From Methanotrichaceae archaeon (GTDB lineage Archaea > Halobacteriota > Methanosarcinia > Methanotrichales > Methanotrichaceae), in the NCBI GenBank assembly GCA_963813075.1, contig CAWEXU010000031.1:160001-224000 (forward strand): a DNA stretch of 64,000 bases, read 5' to 3'. A model generated the notes under the pieces. That model was not told the DNA's origin. It saw only the letters and a program-made list of their open reading frames with translations, and searched no databases. Positions 52,731 through 63,501 of this stretch are shown here, one piece after another. Within the stretch, counting starts at the first letter, position 1. Each line of letters opens with the position of its first letter. Both the position numbers and the translations under genes were made by a program.

Positions 52731-54233
52731 TCAAATCACCCCCATTTCAGATAAGGTTACAACCGGCTGCAATAGCTGGTTTGCTGCTGTGCCCATCATG
52801 TCGGTCATAAGACCGGGCTGCAGGCCGAAGAGCAGAGTGAGCAGAATGATCATGCTCATAGCGAACAGCTCATAGGCATGCGGATCATGTACATCCATAT
52901 ACTTCCTCAGAATCGGTCCGAACATGGCCTTCTGCATGGCCCAGAGATGATAGGCCGCAGTGATCACTATGCTCAGGAAGACCACTATCATGGTGTAGGT
53001 GGGAAGAGTGGCATAAGCTCCGGTGAGTGTCATGAACTCAGCCACAAATCCGCTCATGCCCGGCAGGCCCAAGGAGGCCATAAAGCCGGCCATCATGATA
53101 ACGGCAAACTTGGGCATCCGATCAGCCAGTCCACCCAGGTCTGCAATGATTCTGGTGCCGACAACGTGCTGAATGGTACCGGCGGACATGAAGAGGACGC
53201 ACGTGATTATGCCGTGGGAGAACTGCTGGAACATGGCTCCCTGGATGGATAATGGCACCAGGGCCACTGCTCCTAAAGTTACGAATCCCATGTGGCTGAC
53301 TGAGGAGTAGGCCACCAGCTTCTTGATGTCCTTTTGCGCCAGGGCCAGGAATGCTCCGTAGACGATGGAGATCACCGCAATGATGGCGATGATGGTCACG
53401 AAGATCTTGTCAACGCTGGGCAGCATGGGCACTATGATCCTGAAAAGACCGTACCCGCCCATCTTCAGCAGCAGTGCAGCAAGCACCACCGACCCTGCGG
53501 TCGGAGCCTCGACGTGGGCATCCGGCAGCCAGGTATGGAAGGGGAAGGCGGGCATCTTAACCAGGAACCCGAGCAGCAGTCCTGCGAAGATGATGTTCAG
53601 CAGGGCTGGCGGGAATATATCCGGGTTCTGGGTGGCCTTCAGGAGGGTCAGCATATCAAAGGTCCTCGATCCATCCGGCAGCTGGTAGGTGAAGTACAGA
53701 GCGAATATCGCCAGGAGCATCACCAGGCTGGCCACGTGGGTGTAGATGAAGAACTTGATTGCTGCATAGTCCTTTCTCGGTCCGCCCCATGATCCGATCA
53801 GGAAGAACATGGGTATGAGCACTATCTCCCAGAAGATGTAGAACAGGAAGAAGTCCAGTGCGGTAAACACTCCCAGCACTCCCACTTCATTTAAGAGAAG
53901 AAGGGCGAAGTACTGATTGGGCTTCTTTGTCTCTCCCCAGGAGTATATTATCACCAGTACGGTGACAATGGTGGAGAGGAGGACCAACGGGAATCCTATG
54001 CCATCGACGCCTAAAGTATACTTGACTCCGATGGAGGGAACCCAGTCGTAGCTCTCCACGAACTGCATCATAGTTGAGCTCTTATCGAACTCCATGTACA
54101 TCTGCAGGGATAACACCAGAGGTGCAAGGGAGGCGATCAGAGCCACGAATTTGGCCTTGGTGCCCACAAAGAAGGATACTATCGCTCCCAGCAAGGGAAG
54201 GAGTATCATCAACGAGAGCGCGTTTGAGATCAT
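52731..54233 (-). CDS. fpoM: Fpo subunit M
   Basis: FYIFWE, PFHTWLPDAHVEAPTAGS, AYSSVSHMG. Confidence 0.94.
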   Translation of the reverse strand: MISNALSLMILLPLLGAIVSFFVGTKAKFVALIASLAPLVLSLQMYMEFDKSSTMMQFVESYDWVPSIGVKYTLGVDGIGFPLVLLSTIVTVLVIIYSWGETKKPNQYFALLLLNEVGVLGVFTALDFFLFYIFWEIVLIPMFFLIGSWGGPRKDYAAIKFFIYTHVASLVMLLAIFALYFTYQLPDGSRTFDMLTLLKATQNPDIFPPALLNIIFAGLLLGFLVKMPAFPFHTWLPDAHVEAPTAGSVVLAALLLKMGGYGLFRIIVPMLPSVDKIFVTIIAIIAVISIVYGAFLALAQKDIKKLVAYSSVSHMGFVTLGAVALVPLSIQGAMFQQFSHGIITCVLFMSAGTIQHVVGTRIIADLGGLADRMPKFAVIMMAGFMASLGLPGMSGFVAEFMTLTGAYATLPTYTMIVVFLSIVITAAYHLWAMQKAMFGPILRKYMDVHDPHAYELFAMSMIILLTLLFGLQPGLMTDMMGTAANQLLQPVVTLSEMGVI

Positions 54234-56302
54234 ATCAGGCCCACCTCCATTAATAGCCTGATAGCAGCAATTGCAATCACCAGCACCACTATCCCTAGCA
54301 TTAAAGCTGTGACGTAGTTTTGCACCACGCCCGTCTGAACCTTTCTCACGTGACCTGCAAAGCCCATGACCCAGGCGCTAAGCCAGTTAAGCCAGCCGTC
54401 AACGATCTTGATGTCGATCGTATTGCTGATCAGAGCCGTGCCGTAGACTATGCCTTCAGATATCCAGCCGGTCATGATCTCATGCTGGTAGTAGCCTTTG
54501 AGCAGCATCTTTCTGATTGGATCTTTGTCGCCTGTCACCTGGCTGGGGTCAAACTTCTTGACGCGGTCCCAGTAGAACAGGGCTGCAATCAGAATGCCGC
54601 CTATGGCTATGAAGATCGGCAATATCTGAATGTACCAGGGCTCTCCGTGAGCTTCTTCGCCACCAGCTTCTCCTTCGCCAGCAGCACCGTGGCCTTCTTC
54701 AGCCTCGGCAGACGCATGCTCGCCTTCGGCAGGAGCACCGTGCTCTCCCAAAACCTCATGGCCTCCAATAAGGGCCAATTCGGCGAAGTTTACATCGACA
54801 CCAAACTTCTCCTCGTATTGCCCGAAATTGTCCCCAACATAATTATAGAAGCCTTCTTGGGCGACAAAGCCGAATGCCAGGGCAAATACCGCCAGAATCA
54901 CCAGCGGCCCGAGCATGACCCAGGGCGACTCGTGCTTTCCGTAGTTGGACCTCTCTTTGCCCGTGAATACAGAGAACCACATTCTAAAGGTGTATATGGC
55001 GGTGAGAACTGCTGCCAGCACCAGGAAGATGTAAGGCAGGAAGTTGATCGCCACACCGTACTCATAAGCGATCACTATGATCTCATCCTTGGAGAAGAAT
55101 CCCGTGAATAAGGGGAATCCGGCCAGGGATAGTGAGCCTATGAGCATGGTGTACATGGTCCACCTCATATACTTCCCGACGCCTCCCATCTCACGCATAT
55201 CGTTGGTATTGACGGCGTGAATCACAGAGCCGGCACAGAGGAAGAGCAGGGCCTTGAAGAATGAGTGGCCTATGAGGTGGAATATAGAAACTCCCACTGA
55301 AAAAGCTCCTACTGCTGCGCCTACTCCAAGACCGGCCATCATGAATCCGAGCTGAGAGACGGTCGAGAATGCCAGCACTCTCTTGATATCAAATGCAGTC
55401 AGTCCCATGGTTGCTGCAAATAATGCAGTGAATGCTCCGACAGCCGCTACCGCGGTAAGGCCGTGGGGGGCAGCATAGAATAATGGGAACATTCGGGCTA
55501 CGAGATAGACGCCGGCGGTAACCATCGTCGCCGCATGGATCATGGCGGAGACGGTAGTTGGACCCTCCATGGCATCAGGAAGCCAGACATGCAGGGGGAA
55601 CTGACCTGACTTGCCCACTGCACCTCCCAAAAAGCCAAGGGCAATGAGGGTCAACTGATCAGGTGGTATCAGGGCGAGATTGGCATAAATCACCGGGAAC
55701 TGCAGGAGATATTCTCCCGGGTTGAGGGTGAGGTTCAGGCTGGCCAGATTATTGTAAAGCAGGATTATGGCCGCCAGGAACATGACGTCGCCCACACGGG
55801 TGGTAAGGAATGCCTTCTTGGCTGCAGCTGCGGCAGAAGGCTTGCGGTACCAGAATCCTATCAGGAGATAGGAGCACAGACCCACCAGCTCCCAGAATAT
55901 GAAGAGCTGAAGGATATTATCGGCATAAATCAGGCCCAGCATGGAAGCAGTGAAGAGGGCAGCTTCAGCAAAGTACCTGTTAGCACCCGGATCACCGTTC
56001 ATGTATCCATTGGCATAGGTGTGGATCAGCATAACCACAAATGTGACCATGAGAAGCATCACCAGAGCCAGAGGATCTATCAGTATGCCCACATTGAAAT
56101 CGCCAAACCAGCGCATCGACTGATGGACAATTCCAAGGGGATAGATCTCCTGAAATATTCCCAGAGATATAACCAGGCCGCCTAAAGTTGCCAAAACGGT
56201 GAGGAACCCGCCCCCTCTGGGCAGGCGCGACCCTATGAATAGGCACAGCACAAATGCCAGTACAGGCAGCCCAACAATCAGGTAAGCTAAATCGGAATAC
56301 AA
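54230..56302 (-). CDS. fpoL: Fpo subunit L
   Basis: WELVGLCSYLLIGFW, KSGQFPLHVWLPDAMEGPT, HSFFKALLFL. Confidence 0.94.
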   Translation of the reverse strand: MYSDLAYLIVGLPVLAFVLCLFIGSRLPRGGGFLTVLATLGGLVISLGIFQEIYPLGIVHQSMRWFGDFNVGILIDPLALVMLLMVTFVVMLIHTYANGYMNGDPGANRYFAEAALFTASMLGLIYADNILQLFIFWELVGLCSYLLIGFWYRKPSAAAAAKKAFLTTRVGDVMFLAAIILLYNNLASLNLTLNPGEYLLQFPVIYANLALIPPDQLTLIALGFLGGAVGKSGQFPLHVWLPDAMEGPTTVSAMIHAATMVTAGVYLVARMFPLFYAAPHGLTAVAAVGAFTALFAATMGLTAFDIKRVLAFSTVSQLGFMMAGLGVGAAVGAFSVGVSIFHLIGHSFFKALLFLCAGSVIHAVNTNDMREMGGVGKYMRWTMYTMLIGSLSLAGFPLFTGFFSKDEIIVIAYEYGVAINFLPYIFLVLAAVLTAIYTFRMWFSVFTGKERSNYGKHESPWVMLGPLVILAVFALAFGFVAQEGFYNYVGDNFGQYEEKFGVDVNFAELALIGGHEVLGEHGAPAEGEHASAEAEEGHGAAGEGEAGGEEAHGEPWYIQILPIFIAIGGILIAALFYWDRVKKFDPSQVTGDKDPIRKMLLKGYYQHEIMTGWISEGIVYGTALISNTIDIKIVDGWLNWLSAWVMGFAGHVRKVQTGVVQNYVTALMLGIVVLVIAIAAIRLLMEVGLI

Positions 56303-56305
56303 AGA

Positions 56306-56608
56306 CTACCACCTCATGGTGTTGATGTTGTCCAGGTCAATGGTTCCGTATAGCCTGTATAGTGCGATCAATATAGCAAATCCAACGCCTGCTTCAGCCG
56401 CTGCCAGCGCTATGGAGAACAGGGCGAATACCTGCCCGTTCATATTAGGCTGGTAGGCTGAGAAGGCAACAAGATTGATGTTGGCGCTATTGAGCAGCAA
56501 CTCGATGCACATCATCAGCTTGACTCCGTTCTTTTGTGTGACGAGGCCGTACAAGCCGATGGTGAACATGATGGATGCCAGCAATATGTAAAGCTCCAAC
56601 GGTATCAT
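56306..56608 (-). CDS. fpoK: Fpo subunit K
   Basis: [25 protein letters not shown]. Confidence 0.93.
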   Translation of the reverse strand: MIPLELYILLASIMFTIGLYGLVTQKNGVKLMMCIELLLNSANINLVAFSAYQPNMNGQVFALFSIALAAAEAGVGFAILIALYRLYGTIDLDNINTMRW

Positions 56609-56646
56609 CGGTAAATTTCCCTCCTTGTCATTCTCTGTCGCCCTCC

Positions 56647-56910
56647 CTAGGCGTCCTCCTTTCTTGCCACCCAGATCGCTCCGACCAGGGCTGCGGTCAG
56701 GACCAAAGCCAGAATCTCAAAGGAGAAGACATAGATGGTGAAGATCTCAAATCCTATGTCTCCAATGCCGCTCTCAGGCAGATTCTTTCCTTCTGCAGGA
56801 ACATAGCTGAGCGGGTGGTCTGTGGCCGGTCCCCAATCGGTAACTGAAAGCGAGGCCACCAGGGCAGCAAGGAAGGCCAGGGTCAGTATAATAAGCTTAA
56901 ATTTCGCCAT
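56647..56910 (-). CDS. fpoJ: Fpo subunit J, C-terminal part (J2)
   Basis: [26 protein letters not shown]. Confidence 0.85.
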   Translation of the reverse strand: MAKFKLIILTLAFLAALVASLSVTDWGPATDHPLSYVPAEGKNLPESGIGDIGFEIFTIYVFSFEILALVLTAALVGAIWVARKEDA

Positions 56911-57325
56911 GGGACTCCTCCATAATCGTCCTCCTGGTGAGCATCACAGCGAAGAGTATCAGAACTCCCACTGCACCAATGTAAACCAGGATCTGAGCCA
57001 CACCCACGAATGGGGCATTCATGAATATGTAAAGCGCTGCCACACCGGCAAAGGTTCCGAGCAAGTAAAGAGCGCTATGCACAATATTCTTGGCCAGGAC
57101 GGTCAGCGCCGACAAAAGGACTATGATTGCGGCTATGGCAAAGAATGCCAAAAGCTCTATGGCAAAGCGGATATCGTAGTCCAGCAGCCTGTCCAGTATC
57201 GTCTTGGACCAGGGGGACAGAAATACTATCACCGCCAGTCCGCCGAAGATGACTCCGAGGCCAAGCAAAAGCACCAGCAGCTCGAATATGCTGCGAATTA
57301 CATTTGTTTTGAGCTTTTCCGCCAT
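56897..57325 (-). CDS. fpoJ: Fpo subunit J, N-terminal part (J1)
   Basis: VHSALYL, QILVYIGAVGVLILFAVML. Confidence 0.88.
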   Translation of the reverse strand: MAEKLKTNVIRSIFELLVLLLGLGVIFGGLAVIVFLSPWSKTILDRLLDYDIRFAIELLAFFAIAAIIVLLSALTVLAKNIVHSALYLLGTFAGVAALYIFMNAPFVGVAQILVYIGAVGVLILFAVMLTRRTIMEESHGEI

Positions 57326-57909
57326 CAGGAAGCACCTCCTTCCTCAGGCTTTGCCTCTGCCTTCTTTTTCTTTTCTGCACCTGCTCCCTCTTTGGCCGGC
57401 TTCTTCTCGCCTGCGGCTGCACCCTCTTTTGCCGCAGCCTTCTTGGCAGCGGCCTTCTCAGCCGCTATCCTCTTAGCCTCGGCCTCCAGGTCTGCCACCT
57501 CTTTAGGTGTGAACCTCTTGGTCGCCAGGAAATCAGGACTCTTCACGATGTCCTTTCTTTCCCAGCCAGCCATAACGACCTTCTTTCCCATCTTCAGGCA
57601 TTCGACCGGGCACTCGTCCACGCAAAGTCCGCAGAACATGCATCTTCCGAAATCAATTTGCGGAAACTGCATCTTCTTGTTCTTGAGGGGACTTCCGAAC
57701 TTGAAGTGCACCATCTCAATGCAGCTGTTGGGACAGACTCTGGCGCATGTGCCGCAGCCAATGCATATGGTGGCATCCAGCTCATGAATCCCTCTCTCTG
57801 CATCAGGCAGCTCCATCATGAACTCGGGATAGAGTCTGGTGACTTCTATCTCCCGCGAGGCGGTCTTCAAAGGCCAGGTGAAGTTCTTTATCATCTTTCT
57901 CTTCAACAT
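57325..57909 (-). CDS. fpoI: Fpo subunit I with Lys/Ala/Glu-rich C-terminal extension
   Basis: CIGCGTCARVCP and CMFCGLCVDECP ferredoxin motifs. Confidence 0.93.
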   Translation of the reverse strand: MLKRKMIKNFTWPLKTASREIEVTRLYPEFMMELPDAERGIHELDATICIGCGTCARVCPNSCIEMVHFKFGSPLKNKKMQFPQIDFGRCMFCGLCVDECPVECLKMGKKVVMAGWERKDIVKSPDFLATKRFTPKEVADLEAEAKRIAAEKAAAKKAAAKEGAAAGEKKPAKEGAGAEKKKKAEAKPEEGGAS

Positions 57910-57921
57910 CTCACAGCCACC

Positions 57922-58974
57922 TCATGCAAAGTATGTGCCCACTATTACTGCCCATGCCAGATTCACTATGGATAAAGGCAGCATCCATTTCCAGCCCAGG
58001 TCAGTCACCTGATCTATTCTCAAACGGAAGAGAGCAGCTCTTATCAATATTATGAACCAGATAACGATAATAACCTTCATGAGCAGCCAGATCAAAGGCG
58101 ATACCATGTCCAGAAGGGGTATGGGTATAATCGGTCCATGCCATCCGCCCAGGAACAGGAGCGAGACCAGAATGGATCCCAAGAGGAAGTTGTTGTACTC
58201 CTGGAAGTATATCAGACCCCATCTGATACCGCTGTACTCGGTGCTGTAGCCGCAGATGATCTCCTCTTCTGCCTCGCTCTGGTCGAATGGGACTCTTCCC
58301 AGGTCGGTTACCAGGGCGATCATGAAGATGACAAATCCCAGAGGCTGGGCAAATGCATACCAGACGGTCTGGCTCTCCACGATCTCCACCAGGTTGAGGC
58401 TATGGGCCATGATAGCCACCGATATGACGCAAACGCCCATCGGAACCTCATAGGCAATCATCCTGGCAATGCCTCGGAAAGCTCCGAGGATGGAGTACTT
58501 ATTGTTCGAGCTGTACCCGGCCATGAAAACGGCGATGGACATGATGCTAAGAGCTGCTTCCACATAAAAAGCGCTGATATCCATATTGGCGACTACCAGG
58601 GGGTAGTTTTTGCCGCCTATATGCAGTGCTCCAAATGGTATGGCTGCAGCCACCAGCATGGTGCCGGCAGAAGCAATGATAGGAGCCCAGACATAGACCC
58701 CCTTATCGACTCCTGCTGGTATGACATCCTCTTTGGTGAACAGCTTTATGGCATCAGCACCCAGCTGAAGTATACCCCATCTGCCACCCACCCGGTTGGG
58801 GCCAAACCGGTTGCAGAAATCGCTCATTACCTTTCTGTCTGCCCAGATTACCAGCATGGCGCCCACATTGATCACGGCAGAAAGCACCGCTGCGCCGATT
58901 ATGCCTATGATCAGGGCGAATATCGCCGGCTCCTGGGCGGCAAATTGAGTGATGGTATCTATTATTCCGTCCAA
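57922..58974 (-). CDS. fpoH: Fpo subunit H
   Basis: RFGPNRVG, ADAIKLFTKE, RVPFD, EYSG, RLRIDQ. Confidence 0.94.
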   Translation of the reverse strand: MDGIIDTITQFAAQEPAIFALIIGIIGAAVLSAVINVGAMLVIWADRKVMSDFCNRFGPNRVGGRWGILQLGADAIKLFTKEDVIPAGVDKGVYVWAPIIASAGTMLVAAAIPFGALHIGGKNYPLVVANMDISAFYVEAALSIMSIAVFMAGYSSNNKYSILGAFRGIARMIAYEVPMGVCVISVAIMAHSLNLVEIVESQTVWYAFAQPLGFVIFMIALVTDLGRVPFDQSEAEEEIICGYSTEYSGIRWGLIYFQEYNNFLLGSILVSLLFLGGWHGPIIPIPLLDMVSPLIWLLMKVIIVIWFIILIRAALFRLRIDQVTDLGWKWMLPLSIVNLAWAVIVGTYFA

Positions 58975-58986
58975 ATCCTCTCCCTC

Positions 58987-60700
58987 CTACCTGTCAGATT
59001 CAGATGGGCAGCCGTCCATGCTTCCGGCAATTGCCACCGCATCCGCTATGTATACTCCCTCAAGAAGCGGAGTCAAAGTCTGGAATGTAGCATAGAAAGG
59101 CCCTCTTACCTTCACCCGGTATGGCTTGTCGCCCCCATCGCTGATGACATACATTCCCATCTCGCCACGTGGGTCCTCGACCCGATAGTAGGCCTCGCCT
59201 GCGGGAACCTTCTTGGGAATCTTGGCTTCGGTCTTTATCGGTCCGGAGGGAATTTTATCCAGACATTGCTCTATGATGTGAATGCTCTCCAGCATCTCTC
59301 TTAGAGTGCAATCGATTCTGTCTGCCGAATCACCACGGGTTCCTGTGACCACCTTGAAGTCAAGCTCCGGATAGACCAGGATGGGATCCTCCACTCTCAT
59401 GTCATAAGAAACACCCGCAGCCCTCAGCACCCTTCCTGCGCAGCCAATGCGCCTGGCAGTCTCGGGCGATATGGAGCCGATGTTCTCCATCCTGGCATGG
59501 TAGATGGGATCCTGAGCGAAGAGCTCAATGAACTCCTCGATCCTGGATTTCATGTAGGGCAGGACCTTTCGGCACTGCTCGTCAAAGCCTTCGGGAAGGT
59601 CGTTTCTTACCCCTCCAAAGCGGACGAATGTGTGAGTCAGCCTGGCTCCGGTGACGCTCTCGATCAAAGAGATGATCTTCTCTCTGTCCATGATCATGTA
59701 CTGCCAGGGAGCAAAGCCTACGCCAGCGATCAGAGTGAGGAACTCGCCGGTGCCTATCAGGTGGCTCTGGATTCTGGAGAGCTCCTCCAAGATGACCCGG
59801 ATGTATTGCGCCCTCAGGGGAACCTCAAGGCCCAAAATCCTTTCCACCGCTCCACAGTAGCACTCGTTGTTGCTCAGGGAGGCGACGTAGCACATCCTGT
59901 CGGTATAGGTTATCCCCTGGAGCCAGGTTCTGTTCTCCATGATCTTTTCGATGCCCTTGTGGATATAGCCGATATCGAGGAAGGCCTTCTTTACCCTCTC
60001 TCCTTCAACCAGTATATCGAGCAGAAAAGGACCGGGAACCATGGCATGCTGGGGACCCAAGATGCATGATCATCTCCGAATCGGATTTGATATGGGCCTC
60101 CTCTCTCTCCCGGAATGTGGGATATTTGGGCCTCTCGGTTACCACTGTCCCCGCCTCGATCTCGGCAGGAGTGGGCGGGAAGTAGTATTCGGTATAGCCC
60201 TCCGGAGTGGTGATCTGCACCGCCCTCTCTCCAGTGGTCAGGTCAGGATAGCCCTTGAAATCCTTTCTCCAGGGCCAGGACCCAACTAATGGATCGGACA
60301 GGAGAAGTGGATACAGCTCTGGGTGGCCTTCGAAGTTGATGCCAAGCATCTCCCAGATCTCTCTCTCGTACCAGTTGGCATTCCAGTACATGTTGACCAG
60401 GGAAGGAACGGATGGATTGTCACGTGGCGTTTTGACCTTCAGCATGGCCACCACTTTATGGGCTCCATAGCTGGCCATGATCTCGACGACTTCCATCTCA
60501 TTTCTGGCGATCCAGTCGACTCCTGCTGAACCTGCATAGTGGTCGAAACCGAGCTTATCGGTCATGTACTTGCATACATCCAGGATCTTCTTGGAGTCGA
60601 TTGTGGCCCATAGCCTGCTGTCCGACTCCACTCTGCCGTCTGAGACCGCTCCAGGAAAGGCGGACTGGATCGAGCTTAAGACCTCGCTTGCATTTGTCAA
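58987..60700 (-). CDS. fpoCD: fused Fpo subunit C-D, one frameshift near 60055
   Basis: C frame (ANWYEREIWEMLGI) runs without a stop into EMIMHL; D frame continues GPQHAM, GYIHKGIEK, DRMCY, EDPRGE, SDR. Confidence 0.85.
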
Positions 60701-60714
60701 GAAAAGATCCCTCC

Positions 60715-61287
60715 TTAATAGTCTCGCAGGTCCTTGCGCTGCTTGATCTTTTCCTGGAGATTCATGAGCCCCTCAAGGAACTGCTCAGGGCGTGGCGGAC
60801 ATCCGGGGATGTAGACATCAATGGGGAAATGGTCACCTGTGTTCTGCACGATGTTGTAGGAATCGTAGAACGGCCCACCGGATATGGCACACTCGCCTAT
60901 GGCTATGCACCATTTGGGCTCAGGCATATTCTCCCACAGGTTCTTGAATACCGGCAGGTACTTCCGGGTCAAGTAACCGGAGATGATCATCACGTCCGTT
61001 TGGCGAGGGGTGTTTCTGGGGATGCATCCAAATCGGTCGCTGTCATAGGGTGCAGCTCCGAAGACGAACATCTCCACACCACAGCAGCCCATGGGCTGCA
61101 TTAAAAAGTATACCGAGTTCTTTCTGCCCCAGTTGAAGATATTCTTGATGGGCCCCATCTGGATGATCTCATGGATCTTCTCAGTGGTGGTGAACCAGAC
61201 CTCAGTTACAGGCTGGCCGAATATGGTCCACTTCTCAATCTCCTCATCGATACATACAGGCACGGGTATGACATCGCTTATACCCAA
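60715..61287 (-). CDS. fpoB: Fpo subunit B
   Basis: GCCGVEM, TPRQTD, GECAISGG, DVYIPGCPPRPE. Confidence 0.94.
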   Translation of the reverse strand: MGISDVIPVPVCIDEEIEKWTIFGQPVTEVWFTTTEKIHEIIQMGPIKNIFNWGRKNSVYFLMQPMGCCGVEMFVFGAAPYDSDRFGCIPRNTPRQTDVMIISGYLTRKYLPVFKNLWENMPEPKWCIAIGECAISGGPFYDSYNIVQNTGDHFPIDVYIPGCPPRPEQFLEGLMNLQEKIKQRKDLRDY

Positions 61288-61682
61288 CGCAAAGCCTCCT
61301 TCTTGATTGCATAAATCAGTCCAACCAGCAATACAATGATGAATAGGAGCATCTCGAAGACGGCAATATTCATAGATCCGAAGACCATGAACTTTTGCAT
61401 GGCTTCGTTCGCGTAGACATAGATCCAGGGGTATAAGAATAAAACCTCAACATCGAATATCACAAAAACGATAGCGAAAAGGTAATATTGAACACTATAC
61501 TGGATCTTGGCGTCGCGGATTGGTTTTAGCCCTCCTTCGTATATCGATAGCTTTTGACGGCTAGGTCTATTCGGCGCTATGATTTTTATAGCTGCCAGAG
61601 CCGCAATGGGCACTATGGCTCCCATTATCAAAAATATAATAAGTGGTATATAATAAACCACTGCCATCGGTTCGCCGGCCAT
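61278..61682 (-). CDS. fpoA: Fpo subunit A
   Basis: YEGG, YYLFAIVFVIFDVEVLFLYPW. Confidence 0.93.
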   Translation of the reverse strand: MAGEPMAVVYYIPLIIFLIMGAIVPIAALAAIKIIAPNRPSRQKLSIYEGGLKPIRDAKIQYSVQYYLFAIVFVIFDVEVLFLYPWIYVYANEAMQKFMVFGSMNIAVFEMLLFIIVLLVGLIYAIKKEALRWV

Positions 61683-61815
61683 TGTTTATCCTCCGTAAAA
61701 GCTAAACATAAGGCCTGGTATAAAAGGTTTATGAGAAAAAATTTCGCGTTGCATAAGTTCAATCACAATTTTCCTGGACTATTTGACAGATATTATCATA
61801 ATTAAGGTGAATAAA

Positions 61816-62751
61816 ATGGACACGGTACATCAGCTGGAGATCAAGCCGGGGATGAGCATAGATCTTCTGGTCAGGGGATGGAGTCAATGCGGCTTTGGGG
61901 CGAGAAGGCTGTCCCAGGCAGCGGACATATACGAAAGGATGCTTTCTGGAGATTTTACAAAATTTCTCACTCTTTCCGGAGCGATGGTCCCGGCGGGGAT
62001 GAGGCATGTGGTCTCAGATCTGATTCGGGGCGGCCACGTGGATGTGCTGGTGACAACCGGAGCAAACCTGGTGCATGATATAATAGAGTCCTTCAGCTGC
62101 CACTCCCTCGGATGTGCCGAATCGGATGACTCCTCACTCCGAGCTTTGGGGGTGAGCCGGATCTATGATGTATTCATCAGGGACGAGGATTTCGTGGCCT
62201 TCGAGGAGCTGATGCAGAGCATTCTCCCGGAAAGCGCTGAAGCTATCTCCGGCAGAGAGCTATTGAAGATCCTGGGCAGCCGGATAAGTGATGAGCGGTC
62301 CATATTGCGCTCGGCATACGACATGAATGTGCCCGTATTCTGTCCCGCTCTGCCCGACTCCATGATCGGCCTGCAGGCCTGGATGTTCAGCCAGACGAAA
62401 AAGCTCTCTGTGGACGCTTTGCCGATATCAGAGGAGATCGTCGACATCTGCTACAACAGCCAGAGGTCGGGGATAGTGATCGTGGGAGGAGGGGTCCCCA
62501 AAAATTTCACCCTGCAGTCCATGCTCGTCACTCCCAATACCTTTGATCTCGCGATTCAGCTGACCACGGATACCCCGGAGAACGGAGGCCTGTCCGGAGC
62601 AACGCTGTCCGAGGCCATCTCCTGGGGCAAGATATCGGAGAGTGCGAGCTATGTGACGGTTTACGGGGACGCGACCATTACCCTGCCTTTGATGGTGGGG
62701 GCGGCGCTGGAGAGGCTGAAAAATAAGGAGAATGCGGGAATTGAGCAATGA
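61816..62751 (+). CDS. dys: deoxyhypusine synthase
   Basis: GAMVPAGMR, TTGANLVHD, GGGVPKN, GGLSGA..EAISWGK, GDATI. Confidence 0.9.
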   Translation: MDTVHQLEIKPGMSIDLLVRGWSQCGFGARRLSQAADIYERMLSGDFTKFLTLSGAMVPAGMRHVVSDLIRGGHVDVLVTTGANLVHDIIESFSCHSLGCAESDDSSLRALGVSRIYDVFIRDEDFVAFEELMQSILPESAEAISGRELLKILGSRISDERSILRSAYDMNVPVFCPALPDSMIGLQAWMFSQTKKLSVDALPISEEIVDICYNSQRSGIVIVGGGVPKNFTLQSMLVTPNTFDLAIQLTTDTPENGGLSGATLSEAISWGKISESASYVTVYGDATITLPLMVGAALERLKNKENAGIEQ

Positions 62752-63501
62752 TCTGATCGATCCGAGCAATCTGCTCTTAACGGAGCTGGAGGCCCTGCAG
62801 ATCGATGCCCTGAAGGAGGCGCAAAGCAGGGGGATGAAGATCCTGTACATCAGCTGCGTCGGCTCCCACATGTGGGGGATGGAAAACGAGGAGAGCGATA
62901 TAGACCTGGTGATGATCTACGTCGTCCCCACCAGGAGAATCCTGCGAGGGGAGAAGTTCCCGGCCACCATCCGCCAGGAGATGGCCGCGAGAGAGGGAGG
63001 GATCTATGATACCCTGGGCTGGGAGATCGGCCACCTCATCGACCTGCTGATCAAAGGAAACGTCAATGCCATCTGGTATGCCACCAGCCCCCTGGTCAGT
63101 TTTGCCCTCTCCCGTTCAGGAGGAGCTATCGGCTCTCGTGCAGGCCAACCTCTGCCGGGAGAGCTATCATTCCATAAAAGGGATGGCGGAAAGCCAGATC
63201 AAATCCGAGACCGGGCAGCTTAAAATGACTGGTGCCGGGTTGGTCAAAAGGCCGGGCAAAGGATACCGCACCGCTCTGAGGACCATCAACTTCGGAATCA
63301 AGGCTCCTGAGAGAGGCCCGGATTAGCTTTGAGCCGGTAATGCATGATCCACTTTCTGAAGAGGTAAAAGAGGGGATGGATCAGCTGGATGAGGCATACA
63401 GGCAAAGCATGCTGCCCGATCTGCCCGACGAGGATCAATTCCGCGATTTTCTCCTGCGGCGGCGGTTGGAAGAGATGAATGAAGATGCCGGAAAGGAATG
63501 A
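62732..63501 (+). CDS. YcgL/Nuc-transf (RlaP-like) nucleotidyltransferase, frameshifted twice or more
   Basis: GSHMWG...SDID, WEIG, KGNVN; 3' frame ends LPDLPDEDQFRDFLLRRRL...GKE* with ATGA overlap to next gene. Confidence 0.75.

Noticed and set aside
58138..59304. 388-aa plus-strand ORF (and 56822-57787, 54320-55111)
   Set aside because: Antisense shadows of fpo genes with no recognisable motifs
60040..60070. Programmed frameshift or pseudogene in fpoCD
   Set aside because: Single extra base in a short homopolymer in an essential complex, in a window with many similar indels; sequencing error is more likely
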